A stretch of 63,737 bases of DNA, counting the filler. It is 3 parts of 3 records of this genome, joined end to end, with 100 filler letters (N's around TTAATTAATTAA, not from the genome) between each part and the next. Parts side by side here need not be neighbours in the genome. Positions count along the whole stretch, not along the records: positions 1 to 30,033 come from SRR22947727_973; 2 more parts are not named here. The stretch is one strand, 5' to 3'. The translations under genes were made by a program, and so were the position numbers. Every line of letters begins with the position of its first letter. Within the stretch, counting starts at the first letter, position 1. The notes below the pieces were generated by a model. It saw only the letters and a list, made by a program, of their open reading frames with translations, ran no database searches and had not been told where the DNA came from. This document shows positions 1 to 11,277 of this stretch, piece by piece.

Positions 1-389
1 AAATATAGAATGAATAAATTTGAAGCTTGATGACTTTGTCTCATTAATGAAACCTCATTGTAAGCAATTGAGTCATAGATTTTATTATCCTCATCTTTTG
101 CTGTCATTTTTAATGGCTTTAAATCTGTCAATTTTGAATTTTTAATTACTTCTTTTAAATCTTTACTACTTGCTGAATTCATTAGAAATCCTATTGAACC
201 ATAATTAATACCAAAGAAAGGTTTATTTAATTCATTAAAATCATGAAGTGATTTTAGTAAAATGCCATCCCCTCCAATTGGGATAATTATATCAGCTAAC
301 TCGGGATCAGTTTGATTGTACGACTTAATATAATCTTTTTTAGCTTTAATAGCCTCTGATGTGTTTGAGGAAATAAAATGAAATTTCAT
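1..389 (-). CDS. nadK: NAD kinase (partial, runs off the window start)
   Basis: Not in the ORF track. Manual translation from ATG at 389: MKFHFISSNTSEAIKAKKDYIKSYNQTDPELADIIIPIGGDGILLKSLHD..., containing the GGDG motif. The start overlaps the moaA stop (TAATG). Confidence 0.88.
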   Translation of the reverse strand, partial: MKFHFISSNTSEAIKAKKDYIKSYNQTDPELADIIIPIGGDGILLKSLHDFNELNKPFFGINYGSIGFLMNSASSKDLKEVIKNSKLTDLKPLKMTAKDEDNKIYDSIAYNEVSLMRQSHQASNLFILY

Positions 390-1381
390 TATCCACCTGT
401 CTCATTCATATGTCTATTAATGTATGGTTTTGTTTCAGAGTTAATAATAAAATCATGTCGCTTAGGTTTAACACTTAAAGCAAATCTTATTTTTTCTTTA
501 ATAAAATCATCACCTCTATCCGATCTTAAAATTTCTCTAAAATCTACAAAATCATTTTGACCAAGACACATATATAATTTTCCTGTACTAGAAATTCTAA
601 CTCGATTACATGTAGCACAAAAATTATTAGACATTGGTGTGATAAATCCAATTTTAATATTTAATTTGTTACTCGTATAATAATTAGATGGGCCTCCTGT
701 TTGGTAATCGGATTGATTAAATTTATAAATATCATTTAATTCTTTATATATTTTATCCAAACTAACAAACTGCATATGTCTTGGCATATCAGTATCACTC
801 ATAGGCATAACCTCAATAAATGTAAGGTCTAATAATTTGCTATTTGCCCAATTAATGAGATTTGTCATTTGGTTTTCATTAAAGTTTTTAAAAACCACTG
901 TGTTTATTTTGACTTTAATATTATTGTTAAGCGCTTCATCAATTCCCTCAAACACATTATCTAAATTACCAAAACGAGTAATTTCTTTATATTTTTCTTT
1001 AACAATTGTGTCTAGTGATACATTAATTCTATTAACTCCATTATCTTTTAATTCTTTGGCATATTTTTTTAACAGAGTTCCATTTGTTGTTAGGGTAATC
1101 TCTTTTAGATTTGTGGAGAATTTTTTCTTATTTAGATTTTTTATAAGATGAATAATATCTTTTCTTACAAGAGGCTCACCACCTGTTAATCTTATTTTCT
1201 CAACTCCTAAGTCAATAAAATTATCACAAAGTCTTTCAATTTCCTCTAAGCTAAGAACATCACTTTTAGGTAAAAAATTCATTTTTTCTTTCATGCAATA
1301 AACACATCTTAAATCGCATCTGTCTGTTACAGATACTCTCAAGTAATTTATTTTTCTAAGAAATTGATCAACTAGCTGCAT
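389..1381 (-). CDS. moaA: GTP 3',8-cyclase (molybdopterin biosynthesis radical SAM enzyme)
   Basis: YLRVSVTDRCDLRCVYCM (CxxxCxxC), TGGEP, C-terminal FCATCNRVR...C cluster motif, terminal GG. Confidence 0.97.
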   Translation of the reverse strand: MQLVDQFLRKINYLRVSVTDRCDLRCVYCMKEKMNFLPKSDVLSLEEIERLCDNFIDLGVEKIRLTGGEPLVRKDIIHLIKNLNKKKFSTNLKEITLTTNGTLLKKYAKELKDNGVNRINVSLDTIVKEKYKEITRFGNLDNVFEGIDEALNNNIKVKINTVVFKNFNENQMTNLINWANSKLLDLTFIEVMPMSDTDMPRHMQFVSLDKIYKELNDIYKFNQSDYQTGGPSNYYTSNKLNIKIGFITPMSNNFCATCNRVRISSTGKLYMCLGQNDFVDFREILRSDRGDDFIKEKIRFALSVKPKRHDFIINSETKPYINRHMNETGG

Positions 1382-1565
1382 TAATATTAATTATTTCAAG
1401 ATTGACTTTAGATATATTAATCGTTTTTTTACCAACATTTTCAAAGTTAATTGTAATTAAGTTATTTATTGACGATTGAATTTGACCAATGCCCCATTCA
1501 TTTTTTTTATCAGTATTTATAACAAATATACCAGGAGTATAAAGACTTGAGTAATTATCAATCAT
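1368..1565 (-). CDS. Small DUF3553-like protein
   Basis: 65 aa with WGIGQIQS...ITINFENVGK, resembling the alphaproteobacterial DUF3553 family; overlaps the moaA start. Confidence 0.7.
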   Translation of the reverse strand: MIDNYSSLYTPGIFVINTDKKNEWGIGQIQSSINNLITINFENVGKKTINISKVNLEIININAAS

Positions 1566-1590
1566 AAATAATCTTTATATATTATTTAGA

Positions 1591-1998
1591 TTAATTTAAT
1601 CTTTTTTCAGCTCTTTCATGCATCTCTTGTGCTTCTAGGCTCAAAGTAGCTACAGGACGTGCCTCTAGTCTTTTTAATCCTATAGGCTCCCCAGTTTCTT
1701 CACAGTACCCATAAGATCCATCTACAATTCTTTGAAGTGCGGAATTAATTTTATTAATTAATTTTCTTTCTCTGTCCCTAGTTCTTAACTCAAAAGATCT
1801 ATCTATTTCCTCTGAGGCTCTATCAGTAATATCTGGCTTAGCCTCATTATCAGATTGTAAATTATTAAGAGTTTGGCTAGATTCTTTTAAAAGTTCATTT
1901 TTCCAACTAAGAAGTTTTTGTTTAAAATACTCCTTCATTTTAGCATTCATGAATTTTTCCTTTTGAGTAGGTTTGTAATTTTTTGAAATTTTAGCCAT
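1591..1998 (-). CDS. dksA: RNA polymerase-binding transcription factor DksA (single-Cys alphaproteobacterial type)
   Basis: DxxDxAS coiled-coil tip (PDITDRASEE) and YGYCEETGEPIGLKRLEARP. Confidence 0.95.
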   Translation of the reverse strand: MAKISKNYKPTQKEKFMNAKMKEYFKQKLLSWKNELLKESSQTLNNLQSDNEAKPDITDRASEEIDRSFELRTRDRERKLINKINSALQRIVDGSYGYCEETGEPIGLKRLEARPVATLSLEAQEMHERAEKRLN

Positions 1999-2102
1999 TT
2001 TTTTAATCCGATACGACTTATCAAAAGTAATTTATAATTCAAGATTTATATTATTAAATAAATATTACTATTTTTCAGTAATTTAATCTTATTATATAAG
2101 AA

Positions 2103-2143
2103 GAACAAAAATAGAACTTTAAAAATGAGAACAAAACGTGTAC
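2103..2143 (+). promoter_or_regulatory. Two alphaproteobacterial LexA (SOS) boxes upstream of recA
   Basis: GAAC-aaaaata-GAAC at 2103-2117 and GAAC-aaaacgt-GTAC at 2129-2143, matching the alpha-type GAAC-N7-GAAC/GTAC box. Confidence 0.85.
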
Positions 2144-2200
2144 AAAAAAACAAGATTTGCAAGAATCACAATAAAAAACTAACAAATATTGGAGAATACA

Positions 2201-3292
2201 ATGTCTCAAGCTAAATTAAAGGTAATAGAGAATAATACAATGGATAAAGAAAATAGAAGTAAGTCATTAGAAGCGGCCGTTAGTTTAATCGAAAAAAACT
2301 ATGGAAGAGGCTCAATTATGAAGCTGGGATCAAAAGCTAATGTGGATATAGAGTCAATATCAACTGGCTCTCTTGGTTTAGATATTGCTCTAGGTATAGG
2401 TGGGGTTCCAAAAGGTAGAATAGTTGAGATATACGGTCCTGAAAGCTCAGGAAAAACTACTTTAGCAACACATATTGTTGCTGAATCTCAAAAAAAAGGT
2501 GGAAATTGTGCATTTATTGATGCTGAACATGCTCTTGACCCTGCGTATGCAAAAAAATTAGGTGTTAACCTTGAAGAGCTTTTAATATCTCAGCCTGATA
2601 CAGGTGAACAAGGTTTGGAGATTGCAGACTCTCTTATAAAATCTGGAGGTATTGATGTGCTAGTAATTGATTCTGTTGCTGCACTTGTGCCAAGAGCTGA
2701 GCTTGAAGGTGACATGGGAGATTCTTTACCTGGATTGCAAGCTAGATTAATGAGTCAAGCACTTAGAAAGCTAACTAGCTCTATAGCTCAATCAAATACT
2801 CTGGTTGTTTTTATAAATCAGCTTAGGATGAAAATTGGTGTAATGTTTGGTAGTCCAGAAACTACAACAGGTGGTAATGCTCTAAAATTTTATTCTTCTG
2901 TAAGAATGGACATCAGACGAATAGGAGCAATTAAAGACAAAGATGAAATTGTTGGTAATCAGACAAGAGTTAAAATAGTTAAAAATAAAGTTGCCCCTCC
3001 ATTTAAGGTTGTAGAATTTGATATAATGTATGGTGAAGGTATTTCTAAACTTGGTGAACTAGTTGATCTTGGAGTAAAAGCTGAGATTATTGATAAGGCA
3101 GGGTCTTGGTTTGCATATAAAGATCAAAAAATTGGCCAAGGTAGGGAAAATGTTAAAAACTTTCTTAGAGATAACCCTCCTATAGCTCAAGAAATTGAGA
3201 ATAGAATTCTTGAAAATGCAGGAGTTGTTGAAAAAGCTATGATGGAAGGTGAGATTAAACCTAAAGCTAAGGAAGAAAAAACTGAAGAGTAA
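2201..3292 (+). CDS. recA: Recombinase RecA
   Basis: GPESSGKTT Walker [34 protein letters not shown]. Start set at ATG 2201, after GGAG at 2191-2194 (ORF track starts at 2189). Confidence 0.99.
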   Translation: MSQAKLKVIENNTMDKENRSKSLEAAVSLIEKNYGRGSIMKLGSKANVDIESISTGSLGLDIALGIGGVPKGRIVEIYGPESSGKTTLATHIVAESQKKGGNCAFIDAEHALDPAYAKKLGVNLEELLISQPDTGEQGLEIADSLIKSGGIDVLVIDSVAALVPRAELEGDMGDSLPGLQARLMSQALRKLTSSIAQSNTLVVFINQLRMKIGVMFGSPETTTGGNALKFYSSVRMDIRRIGAIKDKDEIVGNQTRVKIVKNKVAPPFKVVEFDIMYGEGISKLGELVDLGVKAEIIDKAGSWFAYKDQKIGQGRENVKNFLRDNPPIAQEIENRILENAGVVEKAMMEGEIKPKAKEEKTEE

Positions 3293-3314
3293 TTAATATT
3301 TAATACTCGTATAT

Positions 3315-3342
3315 AAAAAAGGGGTTTAGCCCCTTTTTTTTT
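3315..3342 (+). terminator. Rho-independent terminator after recA, probably bidirectional
   Basis: AAAAAAGGGG-TTTAG-CCCC followed by 9 T. Confidence 0.85.
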
Positions 3343-3380
3343 GGTTAGACATAGTAAAAATCAAGTTATAATACGTCATC

Positions 3381-6053
3381 ATGAATTCCAGTGAAATCAG
3401 ATCAGTTTTTTTAAATTATTTCAATAAAAATGGGCATGAGATTGTACATTCAAGTCCTCTTGTGCCCCATAATGATCCTACTCTAATGTTTGCAAATTCT
3501 GGAATGGTTCAATTTAAAAATATTTTTACTGGTAAAGAAAAAAGAGATTATAAGCGTGCTGTTACATCTCAAAAATGTGTTAGGGCAGGAGGTAAACATA
3601 ATGATTTAGAGAATGTTGGTTACACTGCAAGACACCATACATTTTTTGAAATGTTAGGTAATTTTTCTTTTGGAGATTATTTTAAAAATGAAGCAATAGA
3701 ATTTGCATGGAATTTAATAACGAAAGAATTAGGTATTGATAAAAAAAAACTACTAGTTACTGTTTTTAGTGAAGATGAAGATGCATATGATTTATGGAAA
3801 ACTATTGCAGGTTTAGATGATGATAAGATTATAAAAATTAATACATCTGATAACTTCTGGTCAATGGGTGATACTGGCCCCTGCGGTCCTTGCTCTGAAA
3901 TATTTTATGATCATGGAGATAAATATCCTGGCGGACCTCCAGGAAGCCCAAATGAGGATGGTGACAGATTTATAGAAATTTGGAATTTAGTCTTTATGCA
4001 ATTTGAGCAAATAAGCTCATCTGAGAGAGTTAACCTTCCTAAACCATCAATTGATACAGGGATGGGATTAGAGAGAATTACAGCGCTATTAAATGGTACT
4101 AATGATAACTATAACACAGATCTTTTCAATCCTCTTATAGATAAATCAATTCAGTTATTAAATAATGAGAGTTTTAATGAAAGTCCAAGCCACAGAGTAA
4201 TAGCAGATCATTTAAGATCTTCATCTTTTCTAATTGCAGATGGTGTAACGCCCTCTAATGAAGGTAGGGGTTATGTTTTGAGAAGAATCATGAGAAGGGG
4301 AATGAGACATGCCCATTCTCTTGGAAATAAAGACCCAATTTTTGCTAAAATGTTTCCTACATTGCTAGAAACGTTTCAAAATTCTTTTCCTGAATTGGAA
4401 AGAGCCAATGATTTAATTTTAAATACTTTTTTGAATGAGGAAACTAAATTTAAAGAAACGGTTGAAAAGGGACTGAAAATTTTAGAAGAAGAAATTTCCT
4501 CATCTCCAAAAAAACTAGATGGAGAAATTGCATTTAAATTATATGACACATATGGTTTTCCTCTTGATTTAACTCAAGATTACCTGAGATCAAAAAATAT
4601 TGAGGTAGATATTGATACATTCAATATAAAAATGAAAGAGCAGAAGGATAGGGCACGACAAAGTTGGAAGGGCACAGGTGACATTGAAGATCAAAAAAAA
4701 TGGTTTCAAATTACTGAAAATTTAAGCCCAACTGAATTTTTAGGATATGAGCAAACTGAAACTGAAAGTGAAATTATTTCTATTATTAAAAATGATATTG
4801 AAACTGAATTTCTATTAGCTGAAGATGAAGCTATTATTATTCTTAATCAAACACCTTTCTATGGAGAAAGTGGTGGGCAAATTGGAGATAGTGGAAAAAT
4901 TATTTTTGAAGATAATATTTTTGAAGTTTATGATACGACTAAATTATTTGGATCATTTTTTTTACATCATGGAAAAGTTAAAAATGGTCAATTTTCAAAA
5001 AAAGAGAGTGTGACTGCAATAATTGATACAAATAAACGTCAACTAACTAAGTGTAATCACTCTTCAACCCATTTATTACACTCTTCACTGAGAGAAGTTT
5101 TAGGCAATCATGTTTCTCAAAAAGGATCTTTAGTTAATAATGAAAAACTGCGATTTGATTTTAGTCATAATGAGCCAATAAGCTCTGATAATATTATTAA
5201 AATTGAAAATTATGTTAAAATGGAAATTACTAAAAATTCTCCTGTTAATACAAAAATAATAGATCATCAAAAAGCAATTGAAGAAGGTGCTATGGCTTTA
5301 TTTGGAGAAAAATATGGTGATGAAGTGCGTGTTGTATCTATGGGCAGTAAAGATGGTGAAAAAATATTCTCAAAAGAGTTATGTGGCGGCATACATGTGA
5401 ATCATACAGGTGATATAATTGATTTTAAAATTATTAATCAGTCAAGTGTTGCATCAGGTATCAGAAGATTAGAGGCTTTAACTAATATTTCTGTTAAGCA
5501 ATTTGAAAATGAACAAATTCGATTAAATAAACAAAAAGAAGATGATAATAAAATTAAAATTGATCAACTTATTAAAGAGATACAAAAAATTGATGATAAC
5601 TTTACATATTCCAATAAAAATAATGATAGTTTGCCAAATCAAATCAAAGAATTAAGAAAAAGCTTAGATAATAAGAAGCAAAATTTAAATAAGGAAAATA
5701 CATCTCAAAATATTATCAGTGAAAAGATTAACGATACAACATTTGTGTATCTCGTTACGGATGATTACCCACCTAAGTTACTAAAGCAATTTGTAGATGA
5801 CCAGAAAAATAAATATCAGCAAAAGTGTGTATCTTTAATTATTTCTTCAAATAATAATAAACTATCAATTGTTCTTGGAGCCACAAATGACCTTATTGAT
5901 AGTTTTGACTCATCAAAGATTATTCAGGTTGTTTCAAAAATATTAGGAGGAAAAGGTGGAGGAGGTCGTAAGGATATTGCTCAAGCTGGAGGAGCTGATT
6001 TAACCAACTTAGAAGATGCAATAAATAAAATTAGAGACAGTCTAAATTTTTAG
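3381..6053 (+). CDS. alaS: Alanine--tRNA ligase
   Basis: [30 protein letters not shown], editing HxxxH and ELCGG motifs, C-terminal GGKGGG. Confidence 0.99.
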   Translation: MNSSEIRSVFLNYFNKNGHEIVHSSPLVPHNDPTLMFANSGMVQFKNIFTGKEKRDYKRAVTSQKCVRAGGKHNDLENVGYTARHHTFFEMLGNFSFGDYFKNEAIEFAWNLITKELGIDKKKLLVTVFSEDEDAYDLWKTIAGLDDDKIIKINTSDNFWSMGDTGPCGPCSEIFYDHGDKYPGGPPGSPNEDGDRFIEIWNLVFMQFEQISSSERVNLPKPSIDTGMGLERITALLNGTNDNYNTDLFNPLIDKSIQLLNNESFNESPSHRVIADHLRSSSFLIADGVTPSNEGRGYVLRRIMRRGMRHAHSLGNKDPIFAKMFPTLLETFQNSFPELERANDLILNTFLNEETKFKETVEKGLKILEEEISSSPKKLDGEIAFKLYDTYGFPLDLTQDYLRSKNIEVDIDTFNIKMKEQKDRARQSWKGTGDIEDQKKWFQITENLSPTEFLGYEQTETESEIISIIKNDIETEFLLAEDEAIIILNQTPFYGESGGQIGDSGKIIFEDNIFEVYDTTKLFGSFFLHHGKVKNGQFSKKESVTAIIDTNKRQLTKCNHSSTHLLHSSLREVLGNHVSQKGSLVNNEKLRFDFSHNEPISSDNIIKIENYVKMEITKNSPVNTKIIDHQKAIEEGAMALFGEKYGDEVRVVSMGSKDGEKIFSKELCGGIHVNHTGDIIDFKIINQSSVASGIRRLEALTNISVKQFENEQIRLNKQKEDDNKIKIDQLIKEIQKIDDNFTYSNKNNDSLPNQIKELRKSLDNKKQNLNKENTSQNIISEKINDTTFVYLVTDDYPPKLLKQFVDDQKNKYQQKCVSLIISSNNNKLSIVLGATNDLIDSFDSSKIIQVVSKILGGKGGGGRKDIAQAGGADLTNLEDAINKIRDSLNF

Positions 6054-7259
6054 TTTTTCTTCCAAATTTACTTTTAAAGCTTCTAGAAAGTCTTGGGTAT
6101 TCAGCCATTTTTGATCAGAGCTAATTAGAATTGCTAAATCCTTTGTCATTTTCCCTGATTGAACAGTATTTATACATGTATCTTCAAGACTCTTAGCAAA
6201 ACTGACCAAATTAATATTGTCATCAAATTTACCTCTAAATTGCAAACCCCTAGTCCATGCAAATATTGACGCTATCGGGTTGGTCGATGTCTCTAAACCT
6301 TGTTGATGATTTCTATAGTGTCTTGTTACTGTTCCATGAGCTGCTTCAGCCTCTACAGTTTTGCCATCAGGTGTCATCAACACACTTGTCATTAATCCTA
6401 ATGATCCATATCCCTGTGCAACAGAGTCAGATTGAACATCACCATCATAGTTTTTGCAGGCCCAAATAAAATTACCTTCCCATTTAAGTGCTGTTGCAAC
6501 CATATCATCTATCAATCTATGCTCGTACACTATATCTTTTTCTTTGAATTTTTCAGCAAATTCCGTTTGAAAAACATCTTCAAATAAATCTTTAAATCTT
6601 CCATCATATACTTTTAAGATTGTATTTTTTGTCGATAGGTAAACCGGCCAACCCAACTCTAGTCCATAATTAAAACAAGCTCTAGCAAAATCAATAATTG
6701 ATTGATCCAGGTTATACATTGATAGTGCTATTCCTTCTTTTTCAAAATTATAAACATCCTTTGTAAAACCTTCACTCCCATCTGATGGTTCAAATACCAT
6801 TTTCAGTTTTCCAGGTTTTGATATTAATGTATCTGTTGCTCTGTATTGATCTCCAAATGCATGCCTTGCTACTACGATAGGTTTATTCCAATTTGTAACT
6901 ATTCTAGGAACATTTTTGCAGATAATGGGTTGTCTAAAAATTGTTCCCCCTAAAATATTTCTTATTGTGCCATTAGGTGAGCGCCACATTTTTTTTAAAT
7001 TAAATTCTTTTACCCTATCTTCATCTGGCGTAATGGTTGCACATTTTATGCCAACTCCATATTTTTTTACAGCCTCAGCTGCATCGATGGTAATTTGATC
7101 ATCAGTATTATCGCGACTAGTAACGCCTAAATCATAGTATTTTATATCAATATCTAGGTAAGGCAGAATTAATTTATCTTTAATGAATTCCCATATTATC
7201 CTTGTCATTTCATCCCCATCCATCTCTACGACAGGGTTTTTAACTTTTATTTTGTCCAT
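6042..7259 (-). CDS. icd: NADP-dependent isocitrate dehydrogenase (type II)
   Basis: [50 protein letters not shown]. Confidence 0.98.
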   Translation of the reverse strand: MDKIKVKNPVVEMDGDEMTRIIWEFIKDKLILPYLDIDIKYYDLGVTSRDNTDDQITIDAAEAVKKYGVGIKCATITPDEDRVKEFNLKKMWRSPNGTIRNILGGTIFRQPIICKNVPRIVTNWNKPIVVARHAFGDQYRATDTLISKPGKLKMVFEPSDGSEGFTKDVYNFEKEGIALSMYNLDQSIIDFARACFNYGLELGWPVYLSTKNTILKVYDGRFKDLFEDVFQTEFAEKFKEKDIVYEHRLIDDMVATALKWEGNFIWACKNYDGDVQSDSVAQGYGSLGLMTSVLMTPDGKTVEAEAAHGTVTRHYRNHQQGLETSTNPIASIFAWTRGLQFRGKFDDNINLVSFAKSLEDTCINTVQSGKMTKDLAILISSDQKWLNTQDFLEALKVNLEEKLKI

Positions 7260-7798
7260 GATTGTAATATTTTATTTAATTGTTTGGGGTCCTTTATTAC
7301 TTGAAATTGATTTTGTAAATTTTTATTTCCAAATTTATTTTCAATAATTTTGTCAAACTGCTTTATTAATGGTGACCAATAATTATCAAAATTTAAAAAA
7401 ATAATTGGTTTATTATGTAATTTAAGTATCTTCCAAGATAATACTTCTATTACCTCTTCTAAGGTACCTGTACCCCCAGGTAAGATCAAAAATGCATCTC
7501 CTAACTTAAATAAATATTCTTTTCTTTTACTCATACTAGAAACAATTTTTAATTTATTAATTTTCAAACTTACTTTTTCTTTTTTTATTAAAAATTTTGG
7601 AATTATACCAATAACTTCTCTTTTTAAATCCGCTAAGGTTTTTGCGATTATGCCCATTAACCCAACATTACCACCTCCATAGATTACTTTGATATCGTAA
7701 TTTGATATTAATTCTGCCACCTCTTTAGCCATTTTAAAATAATTTATATCTATTTTATTAGATGCTGAGCAATAGATAGTAAGAGATTTAATTTTCAT
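7247..7798 (-). CDS. LOG-family nucleotide phosphoribohydrolase (Rossmann fold)
   Basis: [10 protein letters not shown] and PGGTGTLEE signature motifs. Confidence 0.9.
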   Translation of the reverse strand: MKIKSLTIYCSASNKIDINYFKMAKEVAELISNYDIKVIYGGGNVGLMGIIAKTLADLKREVIGIIPKFLIKKEKVSLKINKLKIVSSMSKRKEYLFKLGDAFLILPGGTGTLEEVIEVLSWKILKLHNKPIIFLNFDNYWSPLIKQFDKIIENKFGNKNLQNQFQVIKDPKQLNKILQSWTK

Positions 7799-7879
7799 AA
7801 TAATTATTAGTGAATGTATATAATATTTAAAACAATATTATACCTAACTTCAATATTAATAAGTTGAATAAAAGTTTAG

Positions 7880-10800
7880 TTAAGCTTTAACTTTATTTCT
7901 ATACCAATTAACTACGTTTTCTTTTAACATTAGAGCAGAAGGAGTAACAATTAGCGTGAGAATTGTAGCAAATATTAATCCAAAAACAATGGCGGTAGAT
8001 AATTGAACCCACCATTGTGTGTCTGGTGAACCTCTTGTTACTTCTCTTGTAACAAAATCAATATTAGTCATCGTTACCATTGGAAGTAATCCTAATACAG
8101 TTGTCGTTGTAGTTAGTAGTACCGGTCTTAGTCTTTGCGCTCCTGTTTTAACTATTGCTTCTTTTACGCTATCGGTTTTAGTTTTTAAAAAATCAAATGT
8201 ATCAATTAAAATAATATTATTATTCACCACAATACCTGCAAGAGCTATAACACCAACTCCTGTCATCACTATACCAAAAGCCTGCCCAGTTATCATTAAT
8301 CCTATCAACACACCTGCAGTTGACATTACTACGGCAAAGAGAATTAATAAGCCGCTGTAAAAACTATTAAATTGCAAAAGCAAAATCATTAACATCATAA
8401 ATAGTGCAACACTAAATGCTTTTGTTAAAAATGACTGCGCTTCTTGTTGGTCTTGATTTTCTCCAATTAATTCAACTCTTATATTTCCATCTAAATTATA
8501 TCTTGGTAAATCAGTCATTAATTTTCCTCTAATGAAAGGGGGCTCATCTGTAATTCCAAGCACATACTCTAATTCTTTAACCTTAAAGTCAGCGAACACA
8601 CCTGGTTTGACATCAGCTTGAATATTAATAGCATTTTTAGAGTCAACCCTGATTATATTTCCAGTTGTGTTTGCTGCTTTTATATCTACAAAATTCGAAA
8701 TTGGAACAAGCCCATTTTGAGTAGATATTCTTAAATTATTAATTGTATCTAATGTTCTTCCCTCGTTAGGGTATCTTAAGTACATGGGTATGCTGTCATT
8801 TGAGTCATCAGGTCTATATTCTCCTAATTTTAGACCATTTGTTGCAAGTTTAATAACATTACCTATGGAACTAATATTAACTCCAAACTTAGAAGCTTGC
8901 TTTCTATCTACATTTATTTCCCACTCTATACCTGGTGCTGGCAAGTTATCTTCAATGTTCATAAGATCAGGATAATTATCAATAAATTTTTTTAATTTTT
9001 CAGATTCAAAAATAAGTATATTTTTATTGCTACTCGTAAGTTTAATGTTAATTGGTTTTCCTCCAGAAGGCCCACCTTCTTGTTCTCTTGTTTCAACTTT
9101 AATTCCTTTAATTGATTTAGTAGCATTTAGTATTTCATCTAGTATTACTAATGATGGTCTTCTTTTGTTCCAATCGTTATACTCTAAACTAATTGAACCA
9201 ATAAAATCTTCAGAAGATTCTGATTGTTCTGAAACGTTACCACTTAGAGAATAAATACTTTTAAATTCATTATTCCTATTTTGAATCTTTAAGATTATAT
9301 TTTCTACTCTACCTACATATATTTTTTTTTCTTCAACTGACAAATTACCTCTAGCAAAAACAACTATTTTAGCTAAATCTGGTTCTACACTTGGGAAAAA
9401 TTCTACACCTGATCCAATTCTAGTATAAGAAAAATTAACGGCAATGAGCACGACAATTGCAGACACTATAACTTTTGCAGGGTGATTTAAGAGGAAGCTA
9501 ATAACTTTAACGTATAAACCTATAAAACCTTTTATATTTGAAATAGAGATATTTGATTCTGAAGATAATATTTTTGCTGACTCCGAAACCTCTTCTGTTC
9601 TTACTGATTTATTTTCAGTAATTTTATATATTCTTGGTATAATCTTTGAAAACACAAAAATGAATACTATCAAAGGAAGTAAAAATTTAATTATAGTTAG
9701 CGGAATAGACAAATAGCTGATTGTATTAAATCCAGAGCCATAGGAAATTAAATTAAATAATATTAGAGCAGAAACTAGAGGTATAACTAATTGAAGAAAA
9801 ATTCTTGCCAAATTATTTAAAACTGTCCCAAGTACTGGAACAAAAAGTAAAGCCATAAATAATGAAGACGTTAAAACACATATTAGAGTGATTGGTAAAT
9901 ACTTCATAAATTCACCAGCTAATCCAGGCCAAAAAATTAGAGGAAGGAAAGCTGCCAGAGTTGTTGCTGTTGAAGATATTATAGGAAGTGCCATTTTTTT
10001 AGAGGCTTCTGCATATGCTTGAACAACCGTTAAGCCTTCTTTGAGTTTTCTATCAGCGTATTCTACTACAACTATTGCACCATCTACAAGAAGACCTACT
10101 GATAATATTAAAGCAAAAAGCACGACTATATTTATTGTAAAACCCATAATCGATAAAGCTAATAGGCCAGATAAAAAAGATCCAGGAATTGACAAACCTA
10201 CTAAAAGACCTGATCTAACTCCAAGCACGCCAAGAATGATTATTAATACTAATATAATTGCGGCGATAACATTGTTTTGAAGACTATTTAACATTGTTTT
10301 AATGCCCTTAGATTGGTCTTGGCTATATAAAATTTCTATGGAAGAAGGAAAATTAGTTGATGATGCCGAAACCACTTCTTTAACTTGATCTATAGTTTCA
10401 ATAATATTTTCACCAATTCTTTTAGATACTTCGATAGTAACAGAATTAGATCCATTAACCTTTGCATATGTTTGTCTATCTTCAAATGTCCTCTTAATTG
10501 AAGCTATGTCTCTAAAGGTGATAACTGAGTCACCAAATGTTTTAATTGGGGTGTTTAGTACATCTTCAATATTTTCAAATAGCCCCGGAACTTTGATATT
10601 AAAACTTCCATCCCCGGTGTCCTGTCCACCAGCAGAAACCATCATATTATTTTCTCTAACTGTATTTATTAGAACTTGAAGATCTATATCGTAACTTTCT
10701 AGAGCTGTTTTATCAATTAGTATATCAACTTGTTCATTTCTTTTACCCCCAATTCTTGCCTCTAATACACTTCCGATAGTTTCAATATCATCTTGTAATT

Positions 10801-11272
10801 CTATAGCAAGATCCTGCAATGTTCTGTCGGGCAAGTCACCAACAAGTGAGATAAGTAATATTGGGAATGTGCTGATATTTACTTCGCTAACAGTTGGTTC
10901 ATTAGCTTCATCTGGTAAGTCACCTTTAGCTCGATCAACTTTATCCCTTACATCAAGCATTGCTTGATCAGCATTAAAACCTGCATCAAACTCTAACAAT
11001 ACATTACCACCACCAGAGTAAGCAGTTGATCTAACTTCTTTTATGCCTTCAACGCCTTTAACTTCATCTTCAATTGGTTTTACTAATAATCTTTCTGAGT
11101 CTTCTGCTGAAATACCTGTTTGACTGAGAGAGACATATATTATCGGAATATTAACGTCGGGTGTAGATTCTTTTGGAATGGTAATATAAGTTGCCGCGCC
11201 AGAGACTATAATAAATACTAATATTCCTACAAATACTCTAGCTTTAGATAAAGCAAAATCTATAATGTTCAT
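7880..11272 (-). CDS. RND efflux transporter, AcrB/AcrD/AcrF family
   Basis: 1130 aa with two periplasmic domains, GLLVDGAIVVVE, GIVVNNNIILID, RLRPVLLTT. Confidence 0.95.
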   Translation of the reverse strand: MNIIDFALSKARVFVGILVFIIVSGAATYITIPKESTPDVNIPIIYVSLSQTGISAEDSERLLVKPIEDEVKGVEGIKEVRSTAYSGGGNVLLEFDAGFNADQAMLDVRDKVDRAKGDLPDEANEPTVSEVNISTFPILLISLVGDLPDRTLQDLAIELQDDIETIGSVLEARIGGKRNEQVDILIDKTALESYDIDLQVLINTVRENNMMVSAGGQDTGDGSFNIKVPGLFENIEDVLNTPIKTFGDSVITFRDIASIKRTFEDRQTYAKVNGSNSVTIEVSKRIGENIIETIDQVKEVVSASSTNFPSSIEILYSQDQSKGIKTMLNSLQNNVIAAIILVLIIILGVLGVRSGLLVGLSIPGSFLSGLLALSIMGFTINIVVLFALILSVGLLVDGAIVVVEYADRKLKEGLTVVQAYAEASKKMALPIISSTATTLAAFLPLIFWPGLAGEFMKYLPITLICVLTSSLFMALLFVPVLGTVLNNLARIFLQLVIPLVSALILFNLISYGSGFNTISYLSIPLTIIKFLLPLIVFIFVFSKIIPRIYKITENKSVRTEEVSESAKILSSESNISISNIKGFIGLYVKVISFLLNHPAKVIVSAIVVLIAVNFSYTRIGSGVEFFPSVEPDLAKIVVFARGNLSVEEKKIYVGRVENIILKIQNRNNEFKSIYSLSGNVSEQSESSEDFIGSISLEYNDWNKRRPSLVILDEILNATKSIKGIKVETREQEGGPSGGKPINIKLTSSNKNILIFESEKLKKFIDNYPDLMNIEDNLPAPGIEWEINVDRKQASKFGVNISSIGNVIKLATNGLKLGEYRPDDSNDSIPMYLRYPNEGRTLDTINNLRISTQNGLVPISNFVDIKAANTTGNIIRVDSKNAINIQADVKPGVFADFKVKELEYVLGITDEPPFIRGKLMTDLPRYNLDGNIRVELIGENQDQQEAQSFLTKAFSVALFMMLMILLLQFNSFYSGLLILFAVVMSTAGVLIGLMITGQAFGIVMTGVGVIALAGIVVNNNIILIDTFDFLKTKTDSVKEAIVKTGAQRLRPVLLTTTTTVLGLLPMVTMTNIDFVTREVTRGSPDTQWWVQLSTAIVFGLIFATILTLIVTPSALMLKENVVNWYRNKVKA

Positions 11273-11277
11273 TTTAA

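Noticed and set aside
377-560. Plus-strand ORF starting MKFH, the same four residues as the minus-strand NAD kinase
   Set aside because: Caused by the 14-bp palindrome AATGAAATTTCATT at 377-390; the plus ORF is antisense to moaA and has no recognisable motif.
1591-1998. DksA lacks the four-Cys zinc finger, and S18 also lacks a full zinc motif
   Set aside because: This is the normal state in Alphaproteobacteria and is not evidence of a special low-zinc adaptation.
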